Notes: generated by a model from the sequence alone, not told the origin. A DNA stretch of 64,000 nt from Clostridia bacterium (GCA_017536445.1 JAFXHJ010000012.1:2348-66347); one strand, 5' to 3'. Numbered from the stretch's first letter, positions 1 through 11,299 are shown. Numbers and translations: made by a program.

Positions 1-1122
1 AGAGAATCTATATGATACATCCTCATATAGTCCTAAACATTTTAACATATAGTTTGCTAGTTCTAGACAGTGTTTGAATTCACCTTCTAATTGTTCTGGA
101 GTACACATTAAGTGACCTTCAGAGATAGTAAATTGTCTTACACGGATAAGTCCATGCATTTCTCCTGAAGCTTCATTTCTAAATAATGTAGAAGTTTCAT
201 TTAGACGCATTGGAAGGTCTCTATAACTTCTTCCTCTATTTAAGAATACTTGGTATTGGAATGGACAAGTCATAGGTCTTAACGCAAATACTTCATCATC
301 CTTTTCTTCATTCCCTAATACAAACATTCCATCTTTATAATGATCCCAGTGACCAGATATTTTGTATAGGTCAGATTTAGCCATGAATGGAGTTTTAGTT
401 AGTTGCCAACCTAGTCTAGCCTCAGTATCTTCAACAAATCTTTGCAATATTTGAATTACTTTAGCACCTTTAGGAAGTAATATTGGTAATCCTTGACCAA
501 TGTAATCTACAGTTGTAAAGAATTCCATTTCTCTTCCAAGTTTGTTATGGTCTCTGTTTTTTGCATCTTCAAGTTTTGCTAGATGTTCTTCTACTTCTGC
601 TTCTGTCTTAAAGCAAGTTCCATATATTCTAGTTAACATCTTGTTCTTTTCTGAACCTCTCCAGTATGCACCAGTTACAGATATTAATTTAACTGCACCT
701 ATATCTTTAAGGTTTAATACGTGAGGCCCTCTACACATATCTACAAAAGATCCATTATCATAGAAAGATATTTTTTCACCTTCTGGTAATTCATTTATTA
801 ATTCTACCTTGTATGGTTCATCTTTCATTTTTTCTAATGCTTCTTCTTTAGATAATACATAAGTTTTCATTTCTGCATTCTGAGATATAATATTTTTCAT
901 AATATTCTCAATTTTTCTTAAACCTTCATTTGTAATTTCTATGTTATCAAAATCATAGTAGAACCCTGAATCTGTTGAAGGTCCAATTGCAAGTTTTGCA
1001 TCTTTGTATACTCTTTTAATTGCTTCTGCTAGAACATGTGATGCAGTATGTCTAGCAACGTGAATATATTCGTTATATTCTACTTCATTTATGCTTCCAT
1101 CATTATTAATTATTTTAATCAT
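1..1122 (-). CDS. thrS: threonyl-tRNA synthetase, N-terminal part (C-terminus lies beyond window start)
   Basis: Minus-strand translation begins MIKIINNDGSINEVEYNEYIHVARHTASHVLA... (TGS and second additional domain, then class II catalytic core). RBS AAAGGAGG lies upstream of the ATG at 1122. The ORF runs off the window edge. Confidence 0.85.
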   Translation of the reverse strand, partial: MIKIINNDGSINEVEYNEYIHVARHTASHVLAEAIKRVYKDAKLAIGPSTDSGFYYDFDNIEITNEGLRKIENIMKNIISQNAEMKTYVLSKEEALEKMKDEPYKVELINELPEGEKISFYDNGSFVDMCRGPHVLNLKDIGAVKLISVTGAYWRGSEKNKMLTRIYGTCFKTEAEVEEHLAKLEDAKNRDHNKLGREMEFFTTVDYIGQGLPILLPKGAKVIQILQRFVEDTEARLGWQLTKTPFMAKSDLYKISGHWDHYKDGMFVLGNEEKDDEVFALRPMTCPFQYQVFLNRGRSYRDLPMRLNETSTLFRNEASGEMHGLIRVRQFTISEGHLMCTPEQLEGEFKHCLELANYMLKCLGLYEDVSYRFS

Positions 1123-1144
1123 AAACAATACCTCCTTTAATTAA

Positions 1145-1440
1145 CATTTGAAATAAGCATAATAAAATGCACTCCTATAGGCATTTTACCTATAGGGGTG
1201 CAAATAATATATATTACACGGTTCCACCCTATATTTTACTTAATTCATAGATTTAAGTCGTAAATCTTAACGGTGACTTTCATCACAAGCTCCGGGGTAG
1301 TCTTCAAAATGTTAACCTTCAAGAACGGCTTTCAGCCACGACCATTCCTCTCTTTTGCGTTTTACAAATCTACTCGTCCCTTCATCGCTTACAAATTATA
1401 TTATACTACATAATTTATGTAATTTAAATAGTTTTTTGTG
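1145..1440 (-). promoter_or_regulatory. T-box riboswitch leader (threonine-type) upstream of thrS
   Basis: The minus strand contains the T-box consensus AATATAGGGTGGAACCGTG (plus 1218-1231 reverse-complemented). This is followed by an intrinsic terminator hairpin GCACCCCTATAGG...CCTATAGGAGTGC plus a U-run, and preceded by stem-I-like AGAGAGGAATGG with a candidate ACC specifier. Confidence 0.75.
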
Positions 1441-1463
1441 AATTTTTTATATTTATTCTATAT

Positions 1464-2318
1464 TTACAATTCTATTCCCACTCTTAATACTTGATAGAAT
1501 GTATGATTATCTCTAAGTTCTTGTACTGTATAATGAACAAAATTTCCGGTTACCTCTTCTAATATTAATTCTGGTTTGTTATCCCCATTTAGATCTTTAA
1601 TATATTTTACAGAATATACCGGCCAACTCTCTGCATTTTTGGTGTCTCTAACATATGCATATTTTACAAGATACGCTTCATTATTTGTAACATAAACCAC
1701 CGCACTATACACGCCTAAAATCCCTGCTTTTTTGGCAGTAGCACATATTATTTTATCGTTTATTCCTTCTATATTTGCTGAATATATCTCTGTTATTTTA
1801 ACTCCGCTATTTAAAAATTTATATGACCCTAGTGCTTCTTTTACATATTTTTCATCTTGTTTAGTTCCCTCAACTTGCTTCGCAAACACTAAGTTTTTAG
1901 ATACATTGCTAGATATAGCCAAATATTGTTCAGGTAGCGTATCTTTACCTATAGTTGTATATATTAATCCTTCCCTGTGTTTGCGTATGCTTGCAGTATT
2001 AAAAGTACCATATAAACTTTCTTTAGAATAAAGATTAACCTCTATGTTATTTGTGCCAGCTTTTGCTTCGTAATATTTTTCTGCAGGTATCCATACACCA
2101 TCCTTACTAGATCCTAACAATATGCCATTGTATATTATAACATTGCTTTCTTTAATAATAGCCTCTGATGGGATGGTATTTGATGTATATTCTTTAGAAT
2201 ATGTTATATAATTACCACTAAGTATGTATATTATAAAAGCAATACAAGTTATTATGACTATAATACATAATACTATTAAAATTGGTATTAACATTCTAGT
2301 TTTTCTTGCTTTTTTCAT
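1464..2318 (-). CDS. hypothetical membrane-anchored protein (single N-terminal TM, extracytoplasmic domain)
   Basis: ORF with N-terminal hydrophobic helix LIPILIVLCIIVIITCIAFIIYIL. No recognisable family. Confidence 0.5.
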   Translation of the reverse strand: MKKARKTRMLIPILIVLCIIVIITCIAFIIYILSGNYITYSKEYTSNTIPSEAIIKESNVIIYNGILLGSSKDGVWIPAEKYYEAKAGTNNIEVNLYSKESLYGTFNTASIRKHREGLIYTTIGKDTLPEQYLAISSNVSKNLVFAKQVEGTKQDEKYVKEALGSYKFLNSGVKITEIYSANIEGINDKIICATAKKAGILGVYSAVVYVTNNEAYLVKYAYVRDTKNAESWPVYSVKYIKDLNGDNKPELILEEVTGNFVHYTVQELRDNHTFYQVLRVGIEL

Positions 2319-2886
2319 TAGATTTTCCTCCTTCATCTATAGAGAAAATACAGCCACAGTATTTTTGTCTATATAACCCTATATCTTTTGCTTTATGCTG
2401 TCCAGGCCAAAACAACGGTCTAAAATCTTCATAGTCGAATTTAACACCATATTTAGCCGATAACTTTTCACAAACAGATATTATTACATCATGTTTTTGA
2501 TACGGACTAATTAGAAGCGTCGTAGTTACTGCTGTATATCCATTCTCTTTTGCATACTCAAATACTTTTTCAAGTCTAGAAGTATAACAATACTCGCAAC
2601 GTATATCGTATCCTTCTTCTTTATGATTTACAGCATGTTTTGCCCAACTTAAAAGGTTATATTCATCTAGAAATATTCCTTCTTTATTATTCATAGCTAA
2701 ATATTCTTTTAATGTTTCTTTTCTTCTTTCATATTCTTCTTTTGGATGTATATTAATGTTATACCAAATAACATCGAAATCTTTATTCGCCTCTAAATTA
2801 TACTTTTCTAAATTAGTAGATATATCTTCAAAAACCGCAACTAAACACGGAGCACAACACGCATGTACTAATAATTTATCCTTCAT
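2296..2886 (-). CDS. queH: epoxyqueuosine reductase QueH (DUF208)
   Basis: N-terminal HACCAPC motif and conserved Cys pattern CEYCY...CGC, about 196 aa. Overlaps the ruvB stop. Confidence 0.75.
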   Translation of the reverse strand: MKDKLLVHACCAPCLVAVFEDISTNLEKYNLEANKDFDVIWYNINIHPKEEYERRKETLKEYLAMNNKEGIFLDEYNLLSWAKHAVNHKEEGYDIRCEYCYTSRLEKVFEYAKENGYTAVTTTLLISPYQKHDVIISVCEKLSAKYGVKFDYEDFRPLFWPGQHKAKDIGLYRQKYCGCIFSIDEGGKSNEKSKKN

Positions 2887-3880
2887 ATTTTACCCCCATA
2901 TGCTCATAAGCAAGTTTAGTTGGTATTCTTCCTCTTGGCGTTCTATTTATATATCCTATTTGCATTAAGTATGGTTCATATACATCTTCTATTGTATCTT
3001 TATCTTCACCAGTTGCAGCAGCTAAAGCATCAAGTCCTACAGGTTTGCCACTAAACTTAGTTATCATAGTATCTAGTATTCTTCTGTCTACTTCATCAAG
3101 TCCGTTCTCATCTACTTCTAATTTATCTAATGTTGCTTTTGCTACATCATAGTCTATTATATCTTTATCTTCTACTTCTGCAAAATCTCTAACTCTCTTT
3201 AAGAATCTATTTGCTATTCTTGGAGTTCCTCTACTTCTAGAACCAATTTCTAAAGCAGCTTCTTCTGTAATTCCAATTCCAAGTTTTTCTGCATTTTTTT
3301 CTACAATTGTGGCAAGTTCTTTAACTGAATATAATTCAAGTCTGTGTATTATTCCAAACCTGTCTCTTAATGGTCCGGATAAAGCGCCTGCTTTTGTAGT
3401 AGCTCCAACAAGAGTAAATTTAGGTAAATCTATTCTAATGCTTCTTGCAGAAGGTCCTTTGCCTATCATAATATCTAGGTTAAAGTCTTCTAACGCTGGA
3501 TAAAGAACTTCTTCTATTGTCTTCTTTAATCTATGTATTTCATCTATAAATAATAAATCGTTTTCTTCTAGATTGGTTAATATAGCCGCAAGATCTCCTG
3601 GTTTTTCTATAGCAGGTCCAGATGTTACTTTAATATTTACACCCAGTTCTGTTGCTATAATATTAGCAAGTGTAGTTTTTCCAAGTCCTGGTGGTCCATA
3701 AAGCAAAACATGATCCAATGCTTCGTTTCTTTTTCTTGCCGCGCCTATATATATTTTCATATTTTCTTTTACCTTAGTTTGTCCAATATATTCAGTAAAA
3801 TCTCTAGGACGTAAACTAGTTTCTATTTTTTCATCTTCATCTAAATTATATTCTGGCATTATTACTCTATCTTCCGTCAT
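2876..3880 (-). CDS. ruvB: Holliday junction branch migration helicase RuvB
   Basis: Walker [16 protein letters not shown], RuvB-N AAA domain and C-terminal winged helix, 334 aa. Confidence 0.9.
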   Translation of the reverse strand: MTEDRVIMPEYNLDEDEKIETSLRPRDFTEYIGQTKVKENMKIYIGAARKRNEALDHVLLYGPPGLGKTTLANIIATELGVNIKVTSGPAIEKPGDLAAILTNLEENDLLFIDEIHRLKKTIEEVLYPALEDFNLDIMIGKGPSARSIRIDLPKFTLVGATTKAGALSGPLRDRFGIIHRLELYSVKELATIVEKNAEKLGIGITEEAALEIGSRSRGTPRIANRFLKRVRDFAEVEDKDIIDYDVAKATLDKLEVDENGLDEVDRRILDTMITKFSGKPVGLDALAAATGEDKDTIEDVYEPYLMQIGYINRTPRGRIPTKLAYEHMGVKYEG

Positions 3881-3969
3881 GTTTACACCTCTTTTTCTTT
3901 TATGATTATATCACACAACCATATAAATGCAAGAAAAACGCCAGATTATTATCTAGCGTTTTCTTTAGG

Positions 3970-4380
3970 TTAGAACTGTACATAGTTTACGATGAGTTTT
4001 ACATCAGCAAAGCGACGTTCATTGTCTACATTGATAAATTCGAAAACAATTCTTGTAGTCTCATCCACCAAATCAAAAATGCTTCTAAACTCACCCATAG
4101 TAAAGCTCGAATACGGATTTCTTGAACGTTTTTTATACAGTGACACTTTAATGTCAAAAGGATGCATAGTATACTGATTTGCGCTTAAGCTTACCTTCTT
4201 CGGCGCAGGATGATTTTTATCAAAAACTACGATTGCCTCAATCCTGTCAGGGCTATCCTCCTTTCCCAACTCAACATAGAGCTTCTGCTCCATATCATAA
4301 GACGTAAAGAGCCTTTGCTCCTTTTCACAATTTGGATAATACTTCTTTACCCGAAATTCTTTTGAGCGTAAAAATTCCAT
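3970..4380 (-). CDS. hypothetical protein
   Basis: 136-aa ORF. Somewhat higher GC than neighbours. No family recognised. Confidence 0.4.
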   Translation of the reverse strand: MEFLRSKEFRVKKYYPNCEKEQRLFTSYDMEQKLYVELGKEDSPDRIEAIVVFDKNHPAPKKVSLSANQYTMHPFDIKVSLYKKRSRNPYSSFTMGEFRSIFDLVDETTRIVFEFINVDNERRFADVKLIVNYVQF

Positions 4381-4498
4381 TTACATTCTCCTCTACCTAT
4401 ATATTAAAATAAGTGTTATGTTTACCAACACTTATATTATACTATAAAACAAAAGAATAGTCAAATTTACATTTAACTATTCTCTATCTCTTAATATG

Positions 4499-5812
4499 TT
4501 ATTTTAACATTTTTACGACATCATTTATATTTGTTGTAGTTTGCTCTCCCGTTGTCATATTTTTAATTGTTACTTTATTCTCTTTTTCTTCATCTTCACC
4601 AATAATTATTACATATGGTACTTTTATTCTATTAGCGTAATTCATCATAGATTTTACACTCTTTTTAGAATAGTTTACTTCTGTATTTATATTTGCTTCT
4701 CTTAATACTTTTGCAGTATTTAATGCATATGTTAAATCTTCATTCATAGGAAGTATCATAACATCTGCTGTAGTTGCTTTAGATGCTTCTATTATTCCAG
4801 CTTCTTGTAGTTTATAGAATAGTCTTGAAAGACCAATTGAAATACCTACACCTGGAAGCTTTTTATTTGTATAGAACTCTGCTAAGTTATCATATCTACC
4901 GCCAGAACATACACTTCCCATAGAAGGATATTCATTAAGTATTGTTTCATATACTGTTCCTGTATAGTAATCTAATCCTCTTGCAATTGTTAAATCTATT
5001 CTAAAGTTGCTGTCTGGAACTCCAAATCCCCTAATACCTTTAACGACTTCTTTTAACTCATTTACACCAGTTACAAACGCCCCTTTATCTATATTAAGAT
5101 TTGTTAAAGCTTCTATCACTTCATCAGTAGCACCTTTTATTTCAATAAATTCTAGTATTTTATCTGCTACTATTGCTTCCATTTCAAGTTTAATAAGTTC
5201 CTCTTTAACAGCATCTCTTCCTATTTTATCTATCTTATCTATTACTCTTAATACGTCTGCCGCTTTTTCTGTTAATTCTAGACTTTCAAAAAAACCATTT
5301 AATACTTTTCTATTGTTTATTCTAATAGTAAAATCTGAAAACCCTAGGGAAGTAAATGTTTCATATATAATAGCAGGTATCTCTGCATCTGTCATAAGAG
5401 GTAACGTCTCATCTCCTATAACATCTATATCACATTGATAAAACTCTCTAAATCTACCCTTTTGAGTTCTTTCGCCTCTAAATACTTTCCCTATTTGGTA
5501 TCTTCTAAATGGGAACGCTAGTTCTCCTTGGTGCATAGCTACATACTTAGCTAACGGTACAGTTAAATCGAATCTCATAGATATATCTGTATCGCCTTTA
5601 TTAAATCTATATATTTGTTTTTCTGTTTCTCCACCAGCTTTTGCAAGCAACACTTCAGAATACTCTAATATCGGAGTATCTAACGGTGCAAATCCAAATT
5701 TTTCATAAGACGCACGTATTTTATCATACATATCATTAAATAAAATTTGATCTTTTGGAAGTAATTCCACAAATCCAGCTAGTGTTCTTGGTTTTATTTT
5801 ATTCTCACTCAT
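4499..5812 (-). CDS. hisS: histidyl-tRNA synthetase
   Basis: Class II motifs (FRRYQIGKVFRGERTQKGRFREFYQCDIDVIG) and a C-terminal anticodon-binding domain. Start set at MSENKIKP with RBS GAGGAG. No T-box leader fits in the roughly 90-nt upstream gap. Confidence 0.88.
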   Translation of the reverse strand: MSENKIKPRTLAGFVELLPKDQILFNDMYDKIRASYEKFGFAPLDTPILEYSEVLLAKAGGETEKQIYRFNKGDTDISMRFDLTVPLAKYVAMHQGELAFPFRRYQIGKVFRGERTQKGRFREFYQCDIDVIGDETLPLMTDAEIPAIIYETFTSLGFSDFTIRINNRKVLNGFFESLELTEKAADVLRVIDKIDKIGRDAVKEELIKLEMEAIVADKILEFIEIKGATDEVIEALTNLNIDKGAFVTGVNELKEVVKGIRGFGVPDSNFRIDLTIARGLDYYTGTVYETILNEYPSMGSVCSGGRYDNLAEFYTNKKLPGVGISIGLSRLFYKLQEAGIIEASKATTADVMILPMNEDLTYALNTAKVLREANINTEVNYSKKSVKSMMNYANRIKVPYVIIIGEDEEKENKVTIKNMTTGEQTTTNINDVVKMLK

Positions 5813-5973
5813 TTTAATTCTCCTCGTTTGTTTCAACATATATATTTTAACATATATATAATTCTTTTGCAAACTTATGTAAATAGATTTTATGTGATAA
5901 TATGGTTATTTCACGCTATTCTCTTTATTTTTCCTCAAATTGTGGTAAAATATTTATTGCTTGGAGGTTTATT

Positions 5974-6636
5974 ATGGCTAAAAAGAATATGTGTGGTTAC
6001 ACACTTGGAGAAGAAATATTTAGTTCCGTTTCTCATGGAGTAGGAGCTTTACTTGGAATAGCAGCATTAGTTATATTAATTGTGTTTGCTGCAATAAATG
6101 GTGATGCATTAGATGTTGTTGCCGTTTCTATATATGGCACAACATTAATAATACTTTATACAATATCTACATTGTATCACTCCCTAACAAACGAAAAGGC
6201 TAAAAAGGTGTTCAAAGTACTAGATCACTGTTCTATATATTTACTTATAGCAGGGACATTCACACCAATGTGTCTTTCATGTATGCGTTCGCTTGGATGG
6301 AAAGCTATTTTACTTATAGTATTAATATGGCTTGCAGCAATACTTGGAATTGTACTTTACGCATGTTTTCCAAAGAAACTTAAAATATTACATATTATTT
6401 TATATATTTCAATGGGCTGGAGCGTTTTATTCCTTATGAAAGATTTAATAGCTGTACTTAAAGCTGTAAATGCAATGTCTACATTATACTTTCTTTTAGC
6501 AGGTGGTATAGCTTATACTGCAGGTGTAATATTTTATGTGTTTAAAAAGGTAAAATACTTTCACTCAGTATTTCATTTATTTGTATTAGGCGCATCAATA
6601 TGTCATTTTTTTGCAGTGCTATTATATTTTGTATAA
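5974..6636 (+). CDS. hemolysin-III family (PAQR) membrane channel protein
   Basis: 7-TM protein with HSLTNEK...DHSSIYLLIAGTFTP signature. RBS GGAGG lies before MAKKNM. Confidence 0.7.
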   Translation: MAKKNMCGYTLGEEIFSSVSHGVGALLGIAALVILIVFAAINGDALDVVAVSIYGTTLIILYTISTLYHSLTNEKAKKVFKVLDHCSIYLLIAGTFTPMCLSCMRSLGWKAILLIVLIWLAAILGIVLYACFPKKLKILHIILYISMGWSVLFLMKDLIAVLKAVNAMSTLYFLLAGGIAYTAGVIFYVFKKVKYFHSVFHLFVLGASICHFFAVLLYFV

Positions 6637-6678
6637 ACATAAAACAGTAACAATAAAAACGAACAAGGTTTATTTTAA

Positions 6679-7611
6679 TTAACCTTGTTCTTCTTTTATA
6701 CCTAAACTTTTCCTTATTTTATCTATATTATTAGCAATTATGTTATATCCTCTATGCGCTAAATCTGTTGCGCTAGAAAAATCTAATAACGATACATTAT
6801 TTAAACACAGCTTAACATTGACGTCTGCAAGTTCTACTTTATCTTTATTTGATTCGTGAGACATTATATTAAATGCTTGTGAAGATATTCCTATTACATT
6901 TTCTATTCCCAAATGATTCCCCTTATTGCAGTTAAATGTTACCACTATTATTTTATCTGCCCCCATTTTTCTTAATACATCAATCGGAGAGTTTACTCTT
7001 ACCCCGCCATCTATATATATTTCATCTTTTATTCTCTTTGGAACAAATATTCCAGGAATGCTACAACTTGCTCTTACTATACTTGAAAGCTTTCCGCCTT
7101 TTATATATTTAGGTTCATCTTCATAATTGGTATTTTCTTCTATTAAGCACCATCTATCCTTATATATATTGTTATCGTCGTTCTTGTTTATATCCACATT
7201 ACTAAAATATGTAATCTCACCAGTTTTAAGATTTACTGTAGGAATTGCAATAGGAAAAGATAAATCAGATATATCTTCTATACCTTTATCCTTTAATATG
7301 TATTCTAACATTTTCTCAAGCCTTATTCCTTTTATAAAGCCTTTTATACTAACTCTTTTCTTTAATGCAGAGCTAATTAACTTAAATCCTATGCCCTTAT
7401 CTATATCTATTACTCCATCTTTATATCTATTTATTATTCTGAGCATTTCATTAGGCGTATATCCAGCTGCATAAAGGCTTGCAATTAAGCTGCCACTACT
7501 TGTTCCTGCTATATAATCTATATTTATACCATAATCCTTTAATGCTTCTAAAACGCCAATGTGCGCTAATCCTTTTGCGCCGCCACCAGATAATGCAAGA
7601 CCGATACTCAT
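6679..7611 (-). CDS. patatin-like phospholipase
   Basis: GLALSGGGAKG oxyanion motif, GTSSGS nucleophile elbow and catalytic DGG. Confidence 0.8.
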   Translation of the reverse strand: MSIGLALSGGGAKGLAHIGVLEALKDYGINIDYIAGTSSGSLIASLYAAGYTPNEMLRIINRYKDGVIDIDKGIGFKLISSALKKRVSIKGFIKGIRLEKMLEYILKDKGIEDISDLSFPIAIPTVNLKTGEITYFSNVDINKNDDNNIYKDRWCLIEENTNYEDEPKYIKGGKLSSIVRASCSIPGIFVPKRIKDEIYIDGGVRVNSPIDVLRKMGADKIIVVTFNCNKGNHLGIENVIGISSQAFNIMSHESNKDKVELADVNVKLCLNNVSLLDFSSATDLAHRGYNIIANNIDKIRKSLGIKEEQG

Positions 7612-7669
7612 AAAAATACACCTCCGGTTTTTAACCTTTAGTGTATTATATTCTTAATATTTATATTTG

Positions 7670-8269
7670 CTACTTAACGTATGATACAGCAATTCCATCA
7701 CCTATATCATAAAGAGCTGAATCTAATCTTTCATCTTCTTCTATACGTTTTAAATATTCTCTAAGTCTATTTACCGCTGTTCTATGTTTATGTTCGTTGT
7801 ATTCTCCAAGCACTCTGCCTTTAAATAAAACATTATCTGCTATTATTATTGAACCAGATTTAGTAAGCCTCATAGCTTCATCTAGGTATTTCATATATTG
7901 TCCTTTAGCCGCATCTATAAATACAACATCAAATTTCTCATCTAATGTTTTCATATATTCATATGCATCAGAATGCACAACTTCAATTACATTTTCCATA
8001 GCATTATCTTTAATATTTTCTCTTGCTATTTTTACCATTTCTTCATTTAGTTCTATGGTAATTATCTTACCACCTTCTGATAAATGTCTAGAAAAGCATA
8101 ACGCTGAATAACCAACTGCAGTTCCTACTTCAAGTATTGTTTTAGGTTTACGTTCTTCTAGGATCTTTTCTATAAACTCTAAAGATACATCCTGAAGTAT
8201 TGGCACATAATTTTCTCTGGCCTTTAGTCTTATTACTTCTATCTTGTTATTATCTACCATTTTCATCAC
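7670..8269 (-). CDS. class I SAM-dependent O-methyltransferase (family 3, YrrM-like)
   Basis: ILEVGTAVGYSALC SAM motif and DVVFIDAAKGQY. Confidence 0.7.
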   Translation of the reverse strand: MMKMVDNNKIEVIRLKARENYVPILQDVSLEFIEKILEERKPKTILEVGTAVGYSALCFSRHLSEGGKIITIELNEEMVKIARENIKDNAMENVIEVVHSDAYEYMKTLDEKFDVVFIDAAKGQYMKYLDEAMRLTKSGSIIIADNVLFKGRVLGEYNEHKHRTAVNRLREYLKRIEEDERLDSALYDIGDGIAVSYVK

Positions 8270-8834
8270 CCATACTATATATAATATCCATTATTCTTTC
8301 TGTTTCCTTGTTTAGAAGGTCCTTGTCTTTTATACTCTCTTTATCTACATTTAAATCTATTGGTTTACCATATACAATGCGTATTTTTTTAAACAAACCT
8401 ATTTTTTCTGTGATATGCATTGGCACTATTTGTACATCTGCAGCTGCTGCTATATATACAGCACCGTTTTTAGCTTTTACACCTTTATTTCTAGCATTTC
8501 GGGTTCCTTCAGGGAATATTAAAAGATTTTTGTTATGCTTTTTTATAATCTTTACAGCGTTAAAAACATGTCCAAAATCTTTCTTTCCTCTCTCTATCGG
8601 GAAAACGCCTTGAGAACTTAATATTTTACCAAATAATTTAAATTTAAAAAGTTCTGCTTTAGCCATTATGCCTAGTTCTTCTATGTCCGTATATATTAAC
8701 ATAGCATCTATTGCGCTTACATGATTTGCCACAAACACATATCTTTTATTAAAATCTATATTTTCTCTACCTTCAAACTTTACCCTAAAAAACGTTTTAC
8801 ATAGAATAAAATCTAGTGGTTTTCTTAAATTCAT
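8250..8834 (-). CDS. plsC: 1-acyl-sn-glycerol-3-phosphate acyltransferase
   Basis: HX4D motif NHVSAIDAM and FPEGTR motif. Confidence 0.8.
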   Translation of the reverse strand: MNLRKPLDFILCKTFFRVKFEGRENIDFNKRYVFVANHVSAIDAMLIYTDIEELGIMAKAELFKFKLFGKILSSQGVFPIERGKKDFGHVFNAVKIIKKHNKNLLIFPEGTRNARNKGVKAKNGAVYIAAAADVQIVPMHITEKIGLFKKIRIVYGKPIDLNVDKESIKDKDLLNKETERIMDIIYSMGDENGR

Positions 8835-8835
8835 T

Positions 8836-9507
8836 TTATATTAACCCTTTCATTTTTACTAGTTCCATAGCTTTTTCTACAACCTCATCTATTGACAAAT
8901 TTGTTGTATCTATTTCTATCATATCTTCTGTTTTAATTAGTGGAGAAACTTCTCTTGTCATATCTGCACGATCCCTTGTTTCGATCATATTAAGGGCTTT
9001 TTCGTAAGATATAATTTCTCCTTTTTCTAACAATTGTTTATGTCTTCTATTAGCTCTTTCTTGTACATCTGCATTTAGGAATATTTTTAATTCAGCATCC
9101 GGAAATACTGAGCTTCCAATATCTCTACCTTCCATAATTACATTTCTTCCTTCTGCAAGTCTTCTTTGACGAACAGCAATATATTCTCTTACTTGTTTTA
9201 TACTAGCAAACTTAGATGTTGTTTTTGCTACTTCTTCATTTCTAATATATTCTTCTACATTTTCATTATTAAGATGTGGTAAAAGCTTACCATCAACTTC
9301 TTTAAGTTCAATCTCAACATTAGCTAAAGCTTCTTCTAATTTTTCTATATTATTTGGATCTAAATTCATTCTAATTGCATATAGTCCAAACGCTCTATAT
9401 AACGATCCTGAATCTACATTAACGATTTTTAATTTTTCTGATAAGCTTTTTGCAAGTGTACCTTTGCCTGTTCCGGCAGGTCCATCAATGGTTATTTTAT
9501 ATCCCAT
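8836..9507 (-). CDS. cmk: cytidylate kinase
   Basis: P-loop ITIDGPAGTGKGT, 223 aa. Confidence 0.88.
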   Translation of the reverse strand: MGYKITIDGPAGTGKGTLAKSLSEKLKIVNVDSGSLYRAFGLYAIRMNLDPNNIEKLEEALANVEIELKEVDGKLLPHLNNENVEEYIRNEEVAKTTSKFASIKQVREYIAVRQRRLAEGRNVIMEGRDIGSSVFPDAELKIFLNADVQERANRRHKQLLEKGEIISYEKALNMIETRDRADMTREVSPLIKTEDMIEIDTTNLSIDEVVEKAMELVKMKGLI

Positions 9508-9580
9508 ATTTATTTACCTCTTTATTTTTTCCAGGAAATATGTTATCATATATTTGGATTAAAGTAAAGGGGTGCGTTAT

Positions 9581-10099
9581 ATGCAAAACACGGATATTTT
9601 TGATAAAAGGCTGTTAATATTATTGCTTTTAAGAGAATCTAATCACGAACTATCTTTAGAACAAATTTCTAATCTTTGTTCTGAGTTTGAAGACATTACA
9701 TATATAGACATATGTATGTATATCGATTCATTAAAAACTAGTGATTATATTTCTGAAATATATGAAGGTAATAAAATATATTATACACTTACCCCGGCCG
9801 GCGAAGAAATTTTAAGCGAACTTATTGAATTAGTTCCAGGAATAAATCTACTAAATATAAAAAACATATTAAAAGATTCCTTTGAAGATTACAAACAGAA
9901 TTATGAAGTAGATACTCTTATCCTTCCTATAAAGGAAGATGAATATAAAGTAAGCTGCTATATTAAAGACGGCAATGATGAGCTTATAAATTTAACTATA
10001 TATGCTGGCGATAAAGAAACCGCTAAAAACATATCTAGTAATTGGAAAGAAAACGCAGATGATTTATATGGAAAAATTATAGAACTTATGACAAATTAG
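9581..10099 (+). CDS. hypothetical protein (possibly DUF4364-like)
   Basis: ORF of about 172 aa with RBS AAAGGGGTG. No catalytic motif. Confidence 0.45.
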   Translation: MQNTDIFDKRLLILLLLRESNHELSLEQISNLCSEFEDITYIDICMYIDSLKTSDYISEIYEGNKIYYTLTPAGEEILSELIELVPGINLLNIKNILKDSFEDYKQNYEVDTLILPIKEDEYKVSCYIKDGNDELINLTIYAGDKETAKNISSNWKENADDLYGKIIELMTN

Positions 10100-10118
10100 T
10101 CATAAGTTCTATCTCTTA

Positions 10119-10628
10119 TTATTCCTTTATTAAATGTACAAAATCTTCCACAACCACACTTCCGTCTTTAAGACTAATATATGGAGAATATGTATAATTT
10201 ATCCCCTTACGATTAAAATAAATCTCCGCATTAGGAAATATATCCGAGGCATTACATTTAATAAAAAAAGGCAACCTAGACATCATATAATATTCTTTGT
10301 CGGTTCCGCCATATTCGTTCATTAAAAGTTTGTTTATATGCGTTTTAGTCAAATATCTCGGAATTACAAGATAACATTCTTCTCCTCCCAAATCAATGAT
10401 AGCAAAATTTTCTTGTTCTTGCTTTGTGTAATATCTATCCACCAATGTATAATCATAATCTGATTCTAACCCACCTAAATAAATTAGGCCCAATACTTCT
10501 GTATCTTTTTCAAAAGAAATTCCTATTGCGTACTCGCTTTCCATATTTATATAAAATAAAAATATTGATATTGCCATCAATATTACAAATATTATTATTG
10601 TAATAGTTAAGCATATTTTCTTTTTCAT
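10119..10628 (-). CDS. hypothetical membrane-anchored protein
   Basis: N-terminal TM LTITIIIFVILMAISIFLFYI. 169 aa. Confidence 0.45.
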   Translation of the reverse strand: MKKKICLTITIIIFVILMAISIFLFYINMESEYAIGISFEKDTEVLGLIYLGGLESDYDYTLVDRYYTKQEQENFAIIDLGGEECYLVIPRYLTKTHINKLLMNEYGGTDKEYYMMSRLPFFIKCNASDIFPNAEIYFNRKGINYTYSPYISLKDGSVVVEDFVHLIKE

Positions 10629-10727
10629 ATTACCACTTCCTATTCAGTTACATTATATACCATATAACTAAAATATATCATATATTAACGTACAAAAAAA
10701 GATGTATTTCTACATCTTTTTTTAACA

Positions 10728-11294
10728 CTATTTATTCTCTTTGATTTCTTTTTTATTTGGCTTGTTTTTTTCTTTGACAGGAGCTATTAAATGTATAACT
10801 CCACCAACCATACTCATTATTGTTTCGGCATTTTTCATAGATATTCCTTTGCCTAGTGCTTTACCACCAACTGTTATAGCGGCTGTTATCGCACTTAGTA
10901 CAAGGCTCACTATTACAACATCTATTTCTAGTATCGCTGCAAGTTTTACCGCTATAAGTGCACCTGCACTACCAGATATAATACCACATATATCTCCTAA
11001 AAGGTCATTACATATGTTAGTTGCTCTGTCTTTACTTTTTAATAACCTTAACACTTCCTTTGCTCCGCCGTGTTTTTTAGCAGCTTTAGCGTGGAACGGA
11101 GCTTCATCACATGTTGCTATTGCCATTCCTATCATATCAAATAAAATACCTATAACAATTACTGCTACAAGTACACATATTGCTAATATTATATTTAATT
11201 TTTCTATTACTACGTTAGATACTCCTCCAAATAATAAAGCTAACATAAATGTTAGCATAAACGTAGTTATTATCCATTTTGTATTTTCTTTCAT
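10728..11294 (-). CDS. oapA: OapA-like small membrane protein (stand-alone DUF21/CNNM transmembrane domain)
   Basis: 188 aa with four hydrophobic helices. The segment AIATCDEAPFHAKAAKKHGGAKEVLRLLKSKDRATNICNDLLGDICGIISGSAGAL resembles the DUF21 core of CorC/CNNM Mg2+ transporter TM domains. It lies directly downstream of a roughly 520-nt structured leader with a strong promoter. Confidence 0.6.
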   Translation of the reverse strand: MKENTKWIITTFMLTFMLALLFGGVSNVVIEKLNIILAICVLVAVIVIGILFDMIGMAIATCDEAPFHAKAAKKHGGAKEVLRLLKSKDRATNICNDLLGDICGIISGSAGALIAVKLAAILEIDVVIVSLVLSAITAAITVGGKALGKGISMKNAETIMSMVGGVIHLIAPVKEKNKPNKKEIKENK

Positions 11295-11299
11295 TTCTA

